From a virus (taxonomy: Duplodnaviria; Caudoviricetes), in the IMG/VR virus record IMGVR_UViG_3300020045_015756, positions 1 through 44,641 of that record: DNA of 44,641 nucleotides. One strand, 5' to 3'. Shown here in pieces: positions 26,213 through 33,950 of the stretch (within the stretch, counting starts at the first letter, position 1; the number at the start of each line of letters is the position of its first letter). The notes under the pieces were generated by a model, which saw nothing but the letters and a program-made list of their open reading frames with translations, was not told the DNA's origin and ran no database searches. The translations under genes and the position numbers were made by a program.

Positions 26213-26401
26213 CTATTTATTCTTACTGTCTGTCTGATAAAACCCAGATCCTGTAAAATGCACAGCAACACCACCGCCAGGTCCTTTCTGCATAGGCCCA
26301 TGCATACACTTAGGACACACAACCAGAACAACCTCGGAGATGCCATGAAATATTTCTTTTATGTGGTAACACTTAGGGCATCTGTATTCATATGTGGGCA
26401 T
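26213..26401 (-). CDS. FmdB-family zinc-ribbon protein
   Basis: MPTYEYRCPKC...CPKC...FTGSGFYQTD. Confidence 0.88.
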   Translation of the reverse strand: MPTYEYRCPKCYHIKEIFHGISEVVLVVCPKCMHGPMQKGPGGGVAVHFTGSGFYQTDSKNK

Positions 26402-26402
26402 T

Positions 26403-26492
26403 TTATATAACACTCTTTATTAAGATGAGCCAGAATACGAACCACACACCGCGTGAAATGCTTTTCAGTACTTGTCTATCTTCCCAGTTCAT
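26403..26492 (-). CDS. 29-aa hydrophobic micropeptide
   Basis: MNWEDRQVLKSISRGVWFVFWLILIKSVI; exactly fills the gap between neighbours, with an ATGA overlap. Confidence 0.45.
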   Translation of the reverse strand: MNWEDRQVLKSISRGVWFVFWLILIKSVI

Positions 26493-26626
26493 TTCTTCTT
26501 TTCCTTCATGATTTTCTCGCCTATGTCCACAATCTTATCACGTTTCCTGTCGGCCTTGAGTAATTGAGCCTCTTCCTTAACTAGCTTCTTGGTGTCTTTT
26601 TGTATCTTCTTTATTTTCTTATCCAT
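26489..26626 (-). CDS. 45-aa Lys-rich protein
   Basis: MDKKIKKIQKDTKKLVKEE...; abuts the upstream stop. Confidence 0.6.
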   Translation of the reverse strand: MDKKIKKIQKDTKKLVKEEAQLLKADRKRDKIVDIGEKIMKEKKK

Positions 26627-26848
26627 CTAAAACCCCTTGTTTTTTTTACCGACTTCGTATGCTTCTCTGACACTTTCTATCAAATCCTCAATTGATAAGT
26701 CAACAGCACCGTAGCCCATGCCACCATACACTGTTAGGCAAGCGGCCACATACTCTGTCTGCCCATGCTTCTCTATTATATATCCTATATCTTTGCAGAT
26801 TTCGAATAAACTGTTCTCTTTCTCTTTTTCTACCGATTTGATAGCCAT
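26627..26848 (-). CDS. Hypothetical protein (73 aa)
   Basis: Part of a tightly packed operon. Confidence 0.6.
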   Translation of the reverse strand: MAIKSVEKEKENSLFEICKDIGYIIEKHGQTEYVAACLTVYGGMGYGAVDLSIEDLIESVREAYEVGKKNKGF

Positions 26849-27003
26849 TTCTTTAACCTGCTTATTTCTGTTGCGATAATGTAAATAGCCTCAGGAATAT
26901 TTAATGACCCCGAACCATTTTCCTTTAGGCATTCTAGCTTTTCTATTAGATCGTCAAGGTCATCCTTCTCGATCATGTCACCATAGTAATCATTACCGTT
27001 CAT
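26830..27003 (-). CDS. 57-aa hypothetical protein (not in ORF track)
   Basis: GGAG SD; MNGNDYYGDMIEKDDLDDLIEKL... Confidence 0.55.
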   Translation of the reverse strand: MNGNDYYGDMIEKDDLDDLIEKLECLKENGSGSLNIPEAIYIIATEISRLKKWLSNR

Positions 27004-27015
27004 CTACGGATCTCC

Positions 27016-27306
27016 CTAAACAAATCTTCCCCTAGCGGGATTGGGTTCATTTTCTAGATTATCTATTAACCCTAGAAGCACAAATTTCTTTATTTCGTTC
27101 TGTTCCTCCCTGCTCTGGTTGTGCTCTTCTTGTAAAGAAGAGATAATGTCCCAATTCTGTGGATTGTGTAAGTTGGGGTCGTCTTTCAGGAATCCAAACT
27201 CTTGCGTCCCATATCTATTTGCGTTTTTAAACCGATCGGACGAATGATTTTTGATATACTTTAGCCCCTCAACAGTCCTACAGAATAACTGTTCACATTT
27301 TTCCAT
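27016..27306 (-). CDS. Hypothetical protein (96 aa)
   Basis: Abuts the terL stop. Confidence 0.6.
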   Translation of the reverse strand: MEKCEQLFCRTVEGLKYIKNHSSDRFKNANRYGTQEFGFLKDDPNLHNPQNWDIISSLQEEHNQSREEQNEIKKFVLLGLIDNLENEPNPARGRFV

Positions 27307-28593
27307 TTAAAACCCCCTGCTAGTGCTATATTTATTGTTCATCCAATCATGCTGTCTTTTCTTGTCTGCATCGTAGTCATAGACGGACATCTTGTGTGTA
27401 AATGCCACATATCTGGCTGCATCTATACAGTGATCATCTTTTTTTAAAGGCTCGTCATATCCCTTCTCGGACTTCTTAGGATCCCATACATATGATTCTA
27501 CCTCTCTTATCATATTTTCACAAGCTCCACATATGAGTATAGAGCCCTTTTGCACCTGTCCGACCAGGTAATCTATTCCATTAAAGACATCATTGTTAGC
27601 ATTTACGACATGGAAGCCTCTTTTTACAAGCTCTAACTTGAATGCCGCAGCTGACGGATCAACATAAACATTCTTTACACCATACGGTTCTAGAAACTCA
27701 AGCACAGCGTCAGCATACTCTGCATTGGTTTTTTGTCTTCCCTGTTTCTTAGAGTCCCACACATATTCCTTTTCAAACCATCTTATAGCGCCTGTTTGAT
27801 TGGCTCTTCCAGTGCTAACACCCATTAACATGCATGCGAAGTTGTTTGATGTGCCATAATCAACGCCAGCTACCCAGTATTCAGCAGCTGTTGGCGGCCT
27901 TGGAATAACGTGAACCTTCCTATCAAAGAAGTCGAAGATGGCGCCCTGGGCTAGACACCAAAGTCCTAAGTAGTTTCTTTTATAGAACACACCAGATAGG
28001 CTATTTTTTATTCGGTTCTTGTATGAGTCGTCGATAAACGGATTGTCATCTAGCGTGAAGTGAAGTGCATAGTAGTTGGGATCCCCGGCTTCTGCCTTAT
28101 CTATCCATTGCTTAATCTTGTGCCCGGGATGTGAGGGGTTCATGCTAGCAAAACCCATGCTATGGGGATTACTCAAACGAGTGTCTATCATGTCTATGAT
28201 ACTTTCGGGATACAGGGTCATCTCATCACAATAGACAAGAGAGAAAGTTTTACCCTGGAAACTTCCTATGGCGCCCTCATCTTTAGCCCCCAGGGTGGTT
28301 ATTACCTTGTCTTGAAACAAAAGCTGCCTCTTACCTGAGTACCAGGTGCAGAAAGGTTTGAACACCTCAAACTCAGATGACTCAAATAGGAGTCTTATAG
28401 CATTGTGATATATAGTGTCGCTAGAGTGACCAACCATATATATTTGAGAATCTGGGCAGTTTGCAACGGCGTGCATGAAGCGAAATAGGGTACCAACGGT
28501 CTTTCCAGAACGAACAGATCCAGCCGCCAAGTTCCAGTGCGCATTGGAGTTGGCGATGAATTCAAGTTGCTTAGGTGATAATACTTGTTTCAT
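27307..28593 (-). CDS. terL: Terminase large subunit (PBSX-like)
   Basis: Walker A GSVRSGKT, Walker B LVYCDE, SMNP, and nuclease motifs GVDYG, VDPSA and DDHCIDA. Confidence 0.95.
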   Translation of the reverse strand: MKQVLSPKQLEFIANSNAHWNLAAGSVRSGKTVGTLFRFMHAVANCPDSQIYMVGHSSDTIYHNAIRLLFESSEFEVFKPFCTWYSGKRQLLFQDKVITTLGAKDEGAIGSFQGKTFSLVYCDEMTLYPESIIDMIDTRLSNPHSMGFASMNPSHPGHKIKQWIDKAEAGDPNYYALHFTLDDNPFIDDSYKNRIKNSLSGVFYKRNYLGLWCLAQGAIFDFFDRKVHVIPRPPTAAEYWVAGVDYGTSNNFACMLMGVSTGRANQTGAIRWFEKEYVWDSKKQGRQKTNAEYADAVLEFLEPYGVKNVYVDPSAAAFKLELVKRGFHVVNANNDVFNGIDYLVGQVQKGSILICGACENMIREVESYVWDPKKSEKGYDEPLKKDDHCIDAARYVAFTHKMSVYDYDADKKRQHDWMNNKYSTSRGF

Positions 28594-28640
28594 ATATTTT
28601 CAGAAGGTACGATAAAAAAAAATATAACTCAAAAGGTTTT

Positions 28641-28832
28641 ATGACGGGTGGTGACTGGTTGCTAAGCTCAATGCTAGTAGAACTGGAGAAGCAACAGCTA
28701 TATCTATGTCATATAGCTATTAACCTAATTTCTGACGATGTAACACGCGAGCATATTATAGATTCAGTAAAACATTTGGAATGTGCTGTTATCTCTCTTA
28801 AGAAGACAATCGAATCACATACATTAGATTAG
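28641..28832 (+). CDS. Hypothetical helical protein
   Basis: First of three + strand ORFs between terS and terL. Confidence 0.5.
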   Translation: MTGGDWLLSSMLVELEKQQLYLCHIAINLISDDVTREHIIDSVKHLECAVISLKKTIESHTLD

Positions 28833-28844
28833 AGTGGGGAAGAA

Positions 28845-29117
28845 ATGAAAAACAGCGATCTTCCTGATATTTTAGCAGAACACATAGAGGCGAACGCGGA
28901 TGCCTGCTTGGACTACTTTGATGATCTAATGTTTCTAAATTATGGAGATCCCACCCTTGAATGTTTAACTATCAATGCAATATCTCAGGCGTTTGCTGTT
29001 TTTCTAGCAAGGATGTACATCGTGGATGATTCCCAATTAGAGAAAGACTTAGAAGACATGAATAAAACGTTCGGAAACAATCTACGCAACTACATAAAGC
29101 ACTTAAGACATGAATAA
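28845..29117 (+). CDS. Hypothetical acidic protein (90 aa)
   Basis: GGGGA SD. Confidence 0.65.
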   Translation: MKNSDLPDILAEHIEANADACLDYFDDLMFLNYGDPTLECLTINAISQAFAVFLARMYIVDDSQLEKDLEDMNKTFGNNLRNYIKHLRHE

Positions 29118-29298
29118 AAAAGATGCACAAGAAGAGCTGATGACTTCCTTAAAGATCATGATAGAGAACATCGAGTCATTGCCTGTGGAAATAATGTCAC
29201 ACGCGGTCAGTCACTATGATTTGGTCAGCTTCATGATACTGGTATATAACCTGCATAGAGTGAATGAACTGCCAGATGAGTATGATGCACAGGATTAG
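29110..29298 (+). CDS. Hypothetical protein (62 aa)
   Basis: 8-nt overlap with the upstream gene. Confidence 0.6.
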   Translation: MNKKDAQEELMTSLKIMIENIESLPVEIMSHAVSHYDLVSFMILVYNLHRVNELPDEYDAQD

Positions 29299-29358
29299 AT
29301 AATAGGAAAGCGTTAAGTTGCATGATGTGGAAGCTCTCATAATCCTTAACGCCTTAAC

Positions 29359-29904
29359 CTAATTTTTTTTCTGAAGAGAATTAAGTTGCTCGATGAGCAG
29401 GTTGAAATTCTTCAGGGCCTCTTCATTAATAGATTGATCTTGGTGGGTCTCCGACTGACCAAGTCTTTGTTTTCCTAGCCAAATGAGAAGTGTATTATCA
29501 CCAAGTTGGCTCAATCCTAATGCTTTTTTAAATTGCTGTTCTCTTAAGAGAGACTCGCCCTTTGCCTTCATCATTTGCCTATAAGAGATGAAATGCATCT
29601 GATATTTCTCAGACACCTTATTGTAGAAGGTTTGAGCTGCCATTCCGAAACAAGCGGCTATCTCTTCTCCGGTGCATCCGCATTCAAGAAGTTCGTCAAC
29701 CCTATCCCAATCTACAAACAAAACACCTTTACGCCCCCCTTGTCTTTTAAACCTGGGGGTTGTTCTTCTGTCTGGCTTTCCGTCTTTGCGGTTAGCGCCG
29801 TAGGCTATTTCTTTTTCTTTGGCTTTGTCTTGCTTTTCTTGACGCTCTCTTTGGAGCTCTTCATCACTTTTTTTTCTTCTTCCTTTAGTTTCTTTTCCAT
29901 ACAC
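29359..29904 (-). CDS. terS: Terminase small subunit
   Basis: HTH (GCTGEEIAACFG), LREQQFKKA..GDNTLLIWLGKQRLGQ; upstream of terL. The start is uncertain. Confidence 0.8.
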   Translation of the reverse strand: MYGKETKGRRKKSDEELQRERQEKQDKAKEKEIAYGANRKDGKPDRRTTPRFKRQGGRKGVLFVDWDRVDELLECGCTGEEIAACFGMAAQTFYNKVSEKYQMHFISYRQMMKAKGESLLREQQFKKALGLSQLGDNTLLIWLGKQRLGQSETHQDQSINEEALKNFNLLIEQLNSLQKKN

Positions 29905-30047
29905 GGCTTCCCCTTGGTTTAACACGGTTTATGATTATTTATTTATTCTCTAATAGGAAAAAGGTCAACAAATTTGTGACAAATGTTTTTTTCTGTTGCG
30001 GTTTTTTATGCATCTTTCTACCATGTAAGTTAAAACTAGGAGTGATT

Positions 30048-30260
30048 ATGGAAAAGGTGGCCAACTTCGGAATTCGTCTACGTGTATTATTCTTCGTAAT
30101 AGCAATCATCGTGACAATTATATTGTGTTGCATGGGCAAAGGCACTAAGGGTGAAGAAAAAATCAACCTTGCCGTTATATTGTGGCCACCAGACCTGGTT
30201 CCCCATCCACCGCACTTTCCTCAGCCTAAAGATCCTCAAGAGGGAGGAGGACGAGCTTAG
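30048..30260 (+). CDS. Small membrane/secreted protein with a Pro-rich tail
   Basis: AGGAG SD before ATG 30048; one TM helix. Confidence 0.6.
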   Translation: MEKVANFGIRLRVLFFVIAIIVTIILCCMGKGTKGEEKINLAVILWPPDLVPHPPHFPQPKDPQEGGGRA

Positions 30261-30574
30261 TTTTTTACGCCTACCAGAAGTTTGAATTTCTTCCAAATGG
30301 AGACTTTCCCAACTGTAAGTGTATGCCTTTGTTCTGGTAGGTGCTTTTGTTCCTCTTTTGGCTTGTAGTTTAGATTAACCCAGCGAATGATAGCTATCTT
30401 AGGGTAGAATATTATTCCTCTCTTGCCTTTGAAGAATGCTATCTTGTTCTTCTTTCTTCTTCTAAACCAGTAGCTTCTGTTCTCGACCCCCATGGATAGC
30501 AGCTTTTGGTTAGAGATAATCTTCCCTGGGACTTCTTGTACTGCCTTTATTAACTCTTCTTTTGTCGTATACAT
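30257..30574 (-). CDS. Basic DNA-binding protein (excisionase-like)
   Basis: AAGGAG SD; Arg/Lys-rich, with an IIFYPK..IIRW wing-like segment. Confidence 0.6.
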   Translation of the reverse strand: MYTTKEELIKAVQEVPGKIISNQKLLSMGVENRSYWFRRRKKNKIAFFKGKRGIIFYPKIAIIRWVNLNYKPKEEQKHLPEQRHTLTVGKVSIWKKFKLLVGVKN

Positions 30575-30666
30575 ATAAACTCCTTTTTGACTGTAAGCTC
30601 AACATACTTTTTTTATTTTATTTTGTCTACATAGATAGCTTTTTATGTATAAAAACTGTTTTCGGG

Positions 30667-30703
30667 TTGACATTGTATGTATAATTGTAGCATTATACAT
30701 ACA
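30667..30703 (+). promoter_or_regulatory. Promoter overlapped by a 12-6-12 palindromic operator
   Basis: TTGACA at 30667; TGTATGTATAAT-TGTAGC-ATTATACATACA. Confidence 0.6.
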
Positions 30704-30792
30704 TACATAGACAGTAGATTAACAAAGTTCACAATAGAGCGTTGTGAAAGTTTGTGAATCAGGACCTGTCGATTGCCTAAAAGGAGGTATGT

Positions 30793-31011
30793 ATGTTGAA
30801 TTTACATGATGATTTATATGAATGCCGTGAGTATACTTGTTGTGGTTGTGAGCAGAGGGACTATCTTCTCAAAGAAGCCGCTAACGAGATTAGTAGTGTC
30901 ATGAAGTGTTTAGTGAATCTCAAGAAGAATAACAGTGAATTAGAAGAAAAGCTTCTAAGCAATTTAGAGAATGCATGTCATATGGTAGGAATACCATTTA
31001 AGTGGAGTTAG
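30793..31011 (+). CDS. Hypothetical Cys-containing protein
   Basis: AAGGAGGT SD. Confidence 0.7.
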   Translation: MLNLHDDLYECREYTCCGCEQRDYLLKEAANEISSVMKCLVNLKKNNSELEEKLLSNLENACHMVGIPFKWS

Positions 31012-31012
31012 G

Positions 31013-31207
31013 ATGACAGAAGAGTCTGCAGATAAGAAGGGGTACCATCTTTATTTAACGATGGATGTGATGAAAAGATTCAAGAAGATGTGCATAGAGA
31101 AGGGTGTCCCTGTTGGTTATGAGATCGAGAGACTCATGTCTAAAAAGCTTAAAGAAGATGAAGAGAAGGCTAAGAAGATTAGTAAGTGGAAGCAGGGGGA
31201 GTTGTGA
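31013..31207 (+). CDS. Ribbon-helix-helix-like regulator
   Basis: YHLYLTMDVMKRFKKMCIEKG...EIERLM. Confidence 0.65.
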   Translation: MTEESADKKGYHLYLTMDVMKRFKKMCIEKGVPVGYEIERLMSKKLKEDEEKAKKISKWKQGEL

Positions 31208-31395
31208 AAATAAGTAAGAATGCAACATTCCGCAGGGTAGGTTCTCCGGAGTTTGTGCCTATAGTGATACCATATTCTACTTGGACAATCTTAAATGATT
31301 TGGCTAGTGAACATGAGGTTTCTGTGAATGACTATGTGCTGTCTTTAGTGGACCAACATTTGTTGGATATTGCGGAAAGCGATCCTACTTCTTAG
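31204..31395 (+). CDS. Ribbon-helix-helix-like protein
   Basis: GTGA overlap; IVIP......L..LA.E..VSVN.YV. Confidence 0.6.
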   Translation: MKISKNATFRRVGSPEFVPIVIPYSTWTILNDLASEHEVSVNDYVLSLVDQHLLDIAESDPTS

Positions 31396-31510
31396 CTTTC
31401 TTGGCAATGTTGAGTGCTATCGCGACGGACTGTTTTTGGGGTTTGGTTTTCATTTCTTCTTTTATATTAGCTTTGATCGCTTTTTTCGATCCGCTTTTTA
31501 TTAGTGGCAT
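31385..31510 (-). CDS. 41-aa basic phage protein (not in ORF track)
   Basis: MPLIKSGSKKAIKANIKEEMKTKPQKQSVAIALNIAKK resembles a small protein commonly found near phage packaging genes. Confidence 0.7.
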   Translation of the reverse strand: MPLIKSGSKKAIKANIKEEMKTKPQKQSVAIALNIAKKAKK

Positions 31511-31518
31511 ATGAATTC

Positions 31519-31704
31519 CTATAGTGATACGTCGGCTTTACCGTCGACTTTTTGTGTTGAGTCTATTAGGTCTTTTGTTTGTCCTTCTGTGTGGCTTAGG
31601 ATAACTTCTGTTGTGCATGAGGTTAAAAGCATTATCATCAGAAAGGCTGTTCCTAGAAGACCAGCTACGACAACTGACACGAAAGTTTGAGTTTCTTGGT
31701 TCAT
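31519..31704 (-). CDS. Small lipoprotein
   Basis: Hydrophobic leader with lipobox LTSC; AGGAG SD. Confidence 0.65.
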   Translation of the reverse strand: MNQETQTFVSVVVAGLLGTAFLMIMLLTSCTTEVILSHTEGQTKDLIDSTQKVDGKADVSL

Positions 31705-31768
31705 CTTAATCTCCTAATCTAGGGTTCTACCTCTTAAATAAATAGTATTTTTTATAAAAGCAATGGAT

Positions 31769-32206
31769 TTATTCCCATCTTGGGATGAAATTCTTTAGCG
31801 AGTTGTTTTGGGCAAACCATGATTTGTCTATGAGTCTTATCTTTTCATCAGGATAATAGATTCTCATTCTTTTAAGCTTTGTTTTACTTTTTGAGTCCAG
31901 GTATCCTTTGACTTCATGCCATGTGTAGCTTCCATCGTTTTCGAAGACCTGAAAATCCGGAAGGTAGGACCTGACTCCCCTCTTTATTGAGTTGAACCAG
32001 AATGTTTTGGGTTCATAGAACCAATCGCCTATAAGTTTCTGTTCTTTCTGAAATTCTAGGTAGCGGGCGTAGTTTGCTTCCCAGGCGCTCCGGAAGAATA
32101 GCTTTTGAGTTCCAATTTCTCTCCACCCACTTCTTGCTTTTGGCCGAGTTTTACATTTCTTCTGTAGAGCTCTGTATTCTTCTAGGGTGATGAGAAAATC
32201 TGGCAC
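31769..32206 (-). CDS. PD-(D/E)XK endonuclease (DUF1064/resolvase-like)
   Basis: FRSAWE, YEP, YLPDF and EVKG motifs. Confidence 0.8.
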   Translation of the reverse strand: MPDFLITLEEYRALQKKCKTRPKARSGWREIGTQKLFFRSAWEANYARYLEFQKEQKLIGDWFYEPKTFWFNSIKRGVRSYLPDFQVFENDGSYTWHEVKGYLDSKSKTKLKRMRIYYPDEKIRLIDKSWFAQNNSLKNFIPRWE

Positions 32207-32212
32207 TTGAAC

Positions 32213-33298
32213 CTACTGTTTGATAATTCTTCTGAATCCTCTCTGTTTCATAGCATCTTGGATGATTTTTTCAAAACATTCGTTGTCATATTGTATTTCT
32301 ATCGTTTTTCCCATTCCTGTTTTTGGTTCTATGGATACATGTTTGTTTAGGACATGGATTTCATAGTTTTCGGAAGCCAGGTGTTTTTGCATGTTCTGTA
32401 CTGTTTGCTTATTGATATCTGCTTTGCTCTCCTTTTCCTGAGGAGTTTTTGGTCTATCTTTTGGGTTTTGAGCAAGAAACCACTTTATTGCCTGTATAAC
32501 GGTTTTTTTTATGTGGGTGGTAGGGTGAGTTGCCCAGGCTATAGATAGCTCAATAGCGGGCAAATTATGATGCTCTAACAGCCATTCCTTTTCACTAATG
32601 GGGATGTCTAATGACTCAAGCGCTTCGCTTCTCTTTGTTTTCTCAACAACGAGAGCTGATGGCTTGGCAATGACTTTCTTGGTTGCTGTTTTCTTTTCTT
32701 CGCCAGAAGAAGCAGCAGCAGTCACAGCTTTTGGGGACGAAGAGTTTTTTTCCACTGATTCTATTGCTGCTGTTTTTGTTTTAGCATCTGTTTTAGTATC
32801 TTTACATATAAGATAGTCCACTTTTTGACGTGGAGAGTCCATTTTTGGATTTGGAGAGTCCATTTTTGGACTTTCGAAAGTTGTTTTTGGATTCTCCTCT
32901 GTAGACTCTTCTCTCTGTTGGAATGTCCGATTATGGACATTTATAAACATTTTTTCATCGACTAATGCATACCACATAGTCTTAATTTGCTTATTTTTAT
33001 TGTGGTTTTTGGCGATCAGAAGTTTAGAGTCGATAAGACTTTTAAGGATTCGCATCACTTGTCTTCTGTCCCAATAAGGGAAATGGTGAGCCATTTCTTC
33101 TTGCGTTTGATACATCCAAGTTCTTCCCTCGATGAAGTTAGAGCCTTTTCTCATATTGAAGTCTATCCAGTATATAATGTGTTTTATTATGATAGCTTCT
33201 TGTATTCCGTAGGCTGTGGCAAATTCAGTATCGAAATAGTGGCAGGGCCCGAAAAAGTGTTGCGCGTTATTGTGTGTATTGGTATTCTGGGATTGCAT
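32213..33298 (-). CDS. Phage replication initiator with N-terminal winged HTH
   Basis: A..YG..EAII...I.YW, GRTW.Y...E....FPYW, T.WY pattern; internal iterons; GAGGAG SD before ATG 33298. Confidence 0.8.
   Translation of the reverse strand: MQSQNTNTHNNAQHFFGPCHYFDTEFATAYGIQEAIIIKHIIYWIDFNMRKGSNFIEGRTWMYQTQEEMAHHFPYWDRRQVMRILKSLIDSKLLIAKNHNKNKQIKTMWYALVDEKMFINVHNRTFQQREESTEENPKTTFESPKMDSPNPKMDSPRQKVDYLICKDTKTDAKTKTAAIESVEKNSSSPKAVTAAASSGEEKKTATKKVIAKPSALVVEKTKRSEALESLDIPISEKEWLLEHHNLPAIELSIAWATHPTTHIKKTVIQAIKWFLAQNPKDRPKTPQEKESKADINKQTVQNMQKHLASENYEIHVLNKHVSIEPKTGMGKTIEIQYDNECFEKIIQDAMKQRGFRRIIKQ
32815..32870. repeat. Three 21-bp-spaced iterons (putative origin)
   Basis: AGTCCACTTTTTGA, AGTCCATTTTTGGA and AGTCCATTTTTGGA at 32815, 32836 and 32857. 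Confidence 0.7.
33260..33288 (+). promoter_or_regulatory. Antisense promoter inside the rep 5' end
   Basis: TTGCGC-17 nt-TATTCT with an extended TG. Confidence 0.55.
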
Positions 33299-33455
33299 AT
33301 GGAAAACTCCTCTGCGTATGTGGGTTAGTCGAGACAGTGAGGGGAGCCTGCAAAAACCCACCTCGCTGTCTCTGGTACCTCTGTTGTACGTGGAATGGTA
33401 ATATAAAATCAAGTGTCTAGATGGGGAACCCGTAAAAAGGTTCCCCTTCCTTTTT
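33295..33455 (+). ncRNA. Candidate antisense RNA to the rep leader
   Basis: Bounded by a + strand promoter and a + strand terminator; 12-bp stem 33331-33372. Confidence 0.5.
33423..33455 (+). terminator. Intrinsic terminator on the + strand
   Basis: GGGGAACC-CGTAAAAA-GGTTCCCC-TTCCTTTTT. Confidence 0.7.
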
Positions 33456-33563
33456 CTATATCAATTAAAATAGCTGTGAATGTATAAACTGATTCGAAGG
33501 GAGTCATGCCCCCGTCTTCATTGTGTTCTAAAATTACGCATTTTTGGAAAGGGGTAGTGACTT

Positions 33564-33791
33564 CTACCCCTTTTCTTTTTGCTCGTAGGCTTCTTTAAGC
33601 ATCTTGACTATATCGATCTTACCTTCTGAGTGTTTGTCTAGCTCGTAGAGAAAGTGGGCGCTGGGGAGTTGCTTCTTTTTCAGTACTCTTGAAAAATAGC
33701 CAGTAGAAAACCCAAGTTTTTTTGCAAACTTAGTGTCAGAAAATTCTTTACTTTTCTTCTTTTCATAAAATAGGTATTCGTCTAAATCCAA
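33564..33791 (-). CDS. Cro/XRE-like HTH regulator
   Basis: GGGAG SD with TTG start; FAKKLGFSTGYFSRVL...PS. Confidence 0.75.
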   Translation of the reverse strand: MDLDEYLFYEKKKSKEFSDTKFAKKLGFSTGYFSRVLKKKQLPSAHFLYELDKHSEGKIDIVKMLKEAYEQKEKG

Positions 33792-33815
33792 GGTATGCTC
33801 CCTATGTACAGGGGT

Positions 33816-33844
33816 ATGATAACACGATGGATAAAATAGATCAA
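33816..33844 (-). promoter_or_regulatory. Leftward promoter (cro-rep)
   Basis: TTGATC-17 nt-TATCAT with an extended TG. Confidence 0.65.
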
Positions 33845-33867
33845 TCGTTTCCTTTTTGTGTTTGTGT

Positions 33868-33896
33868 TTGACTAAATAGGAAACAAATGATAAGAT
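33868..33896 (+). promoter_or_regulatory. Rightward promoter (recombination operon)
   Basis: TTGACT-17 nt-TAAGAT with an extended TG. Confidence 0.7.
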
Positions 33897-33950
33897 TACT
33901 AACGTTCGTGTGAACAAATGAGAAAAAACCAAACAAAAAGGAAAAAAATC

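Noticed and set aside
29575-30296. ORFs 29575-29922 (+), 29939-30166 (-) and 30087-30296 (-)
   Set aside because: Shadows of terS and the 30048-30260 gene, with low-complexity translations.
33299-33412. N-terminal extensions given by the ORF track (rep, cro-like, DUF551, 22789, 24797, 25638 and others)
   Set aside because: Better SD-supported downstream starts exist; the extensions overlap neighbours or RNA structures.
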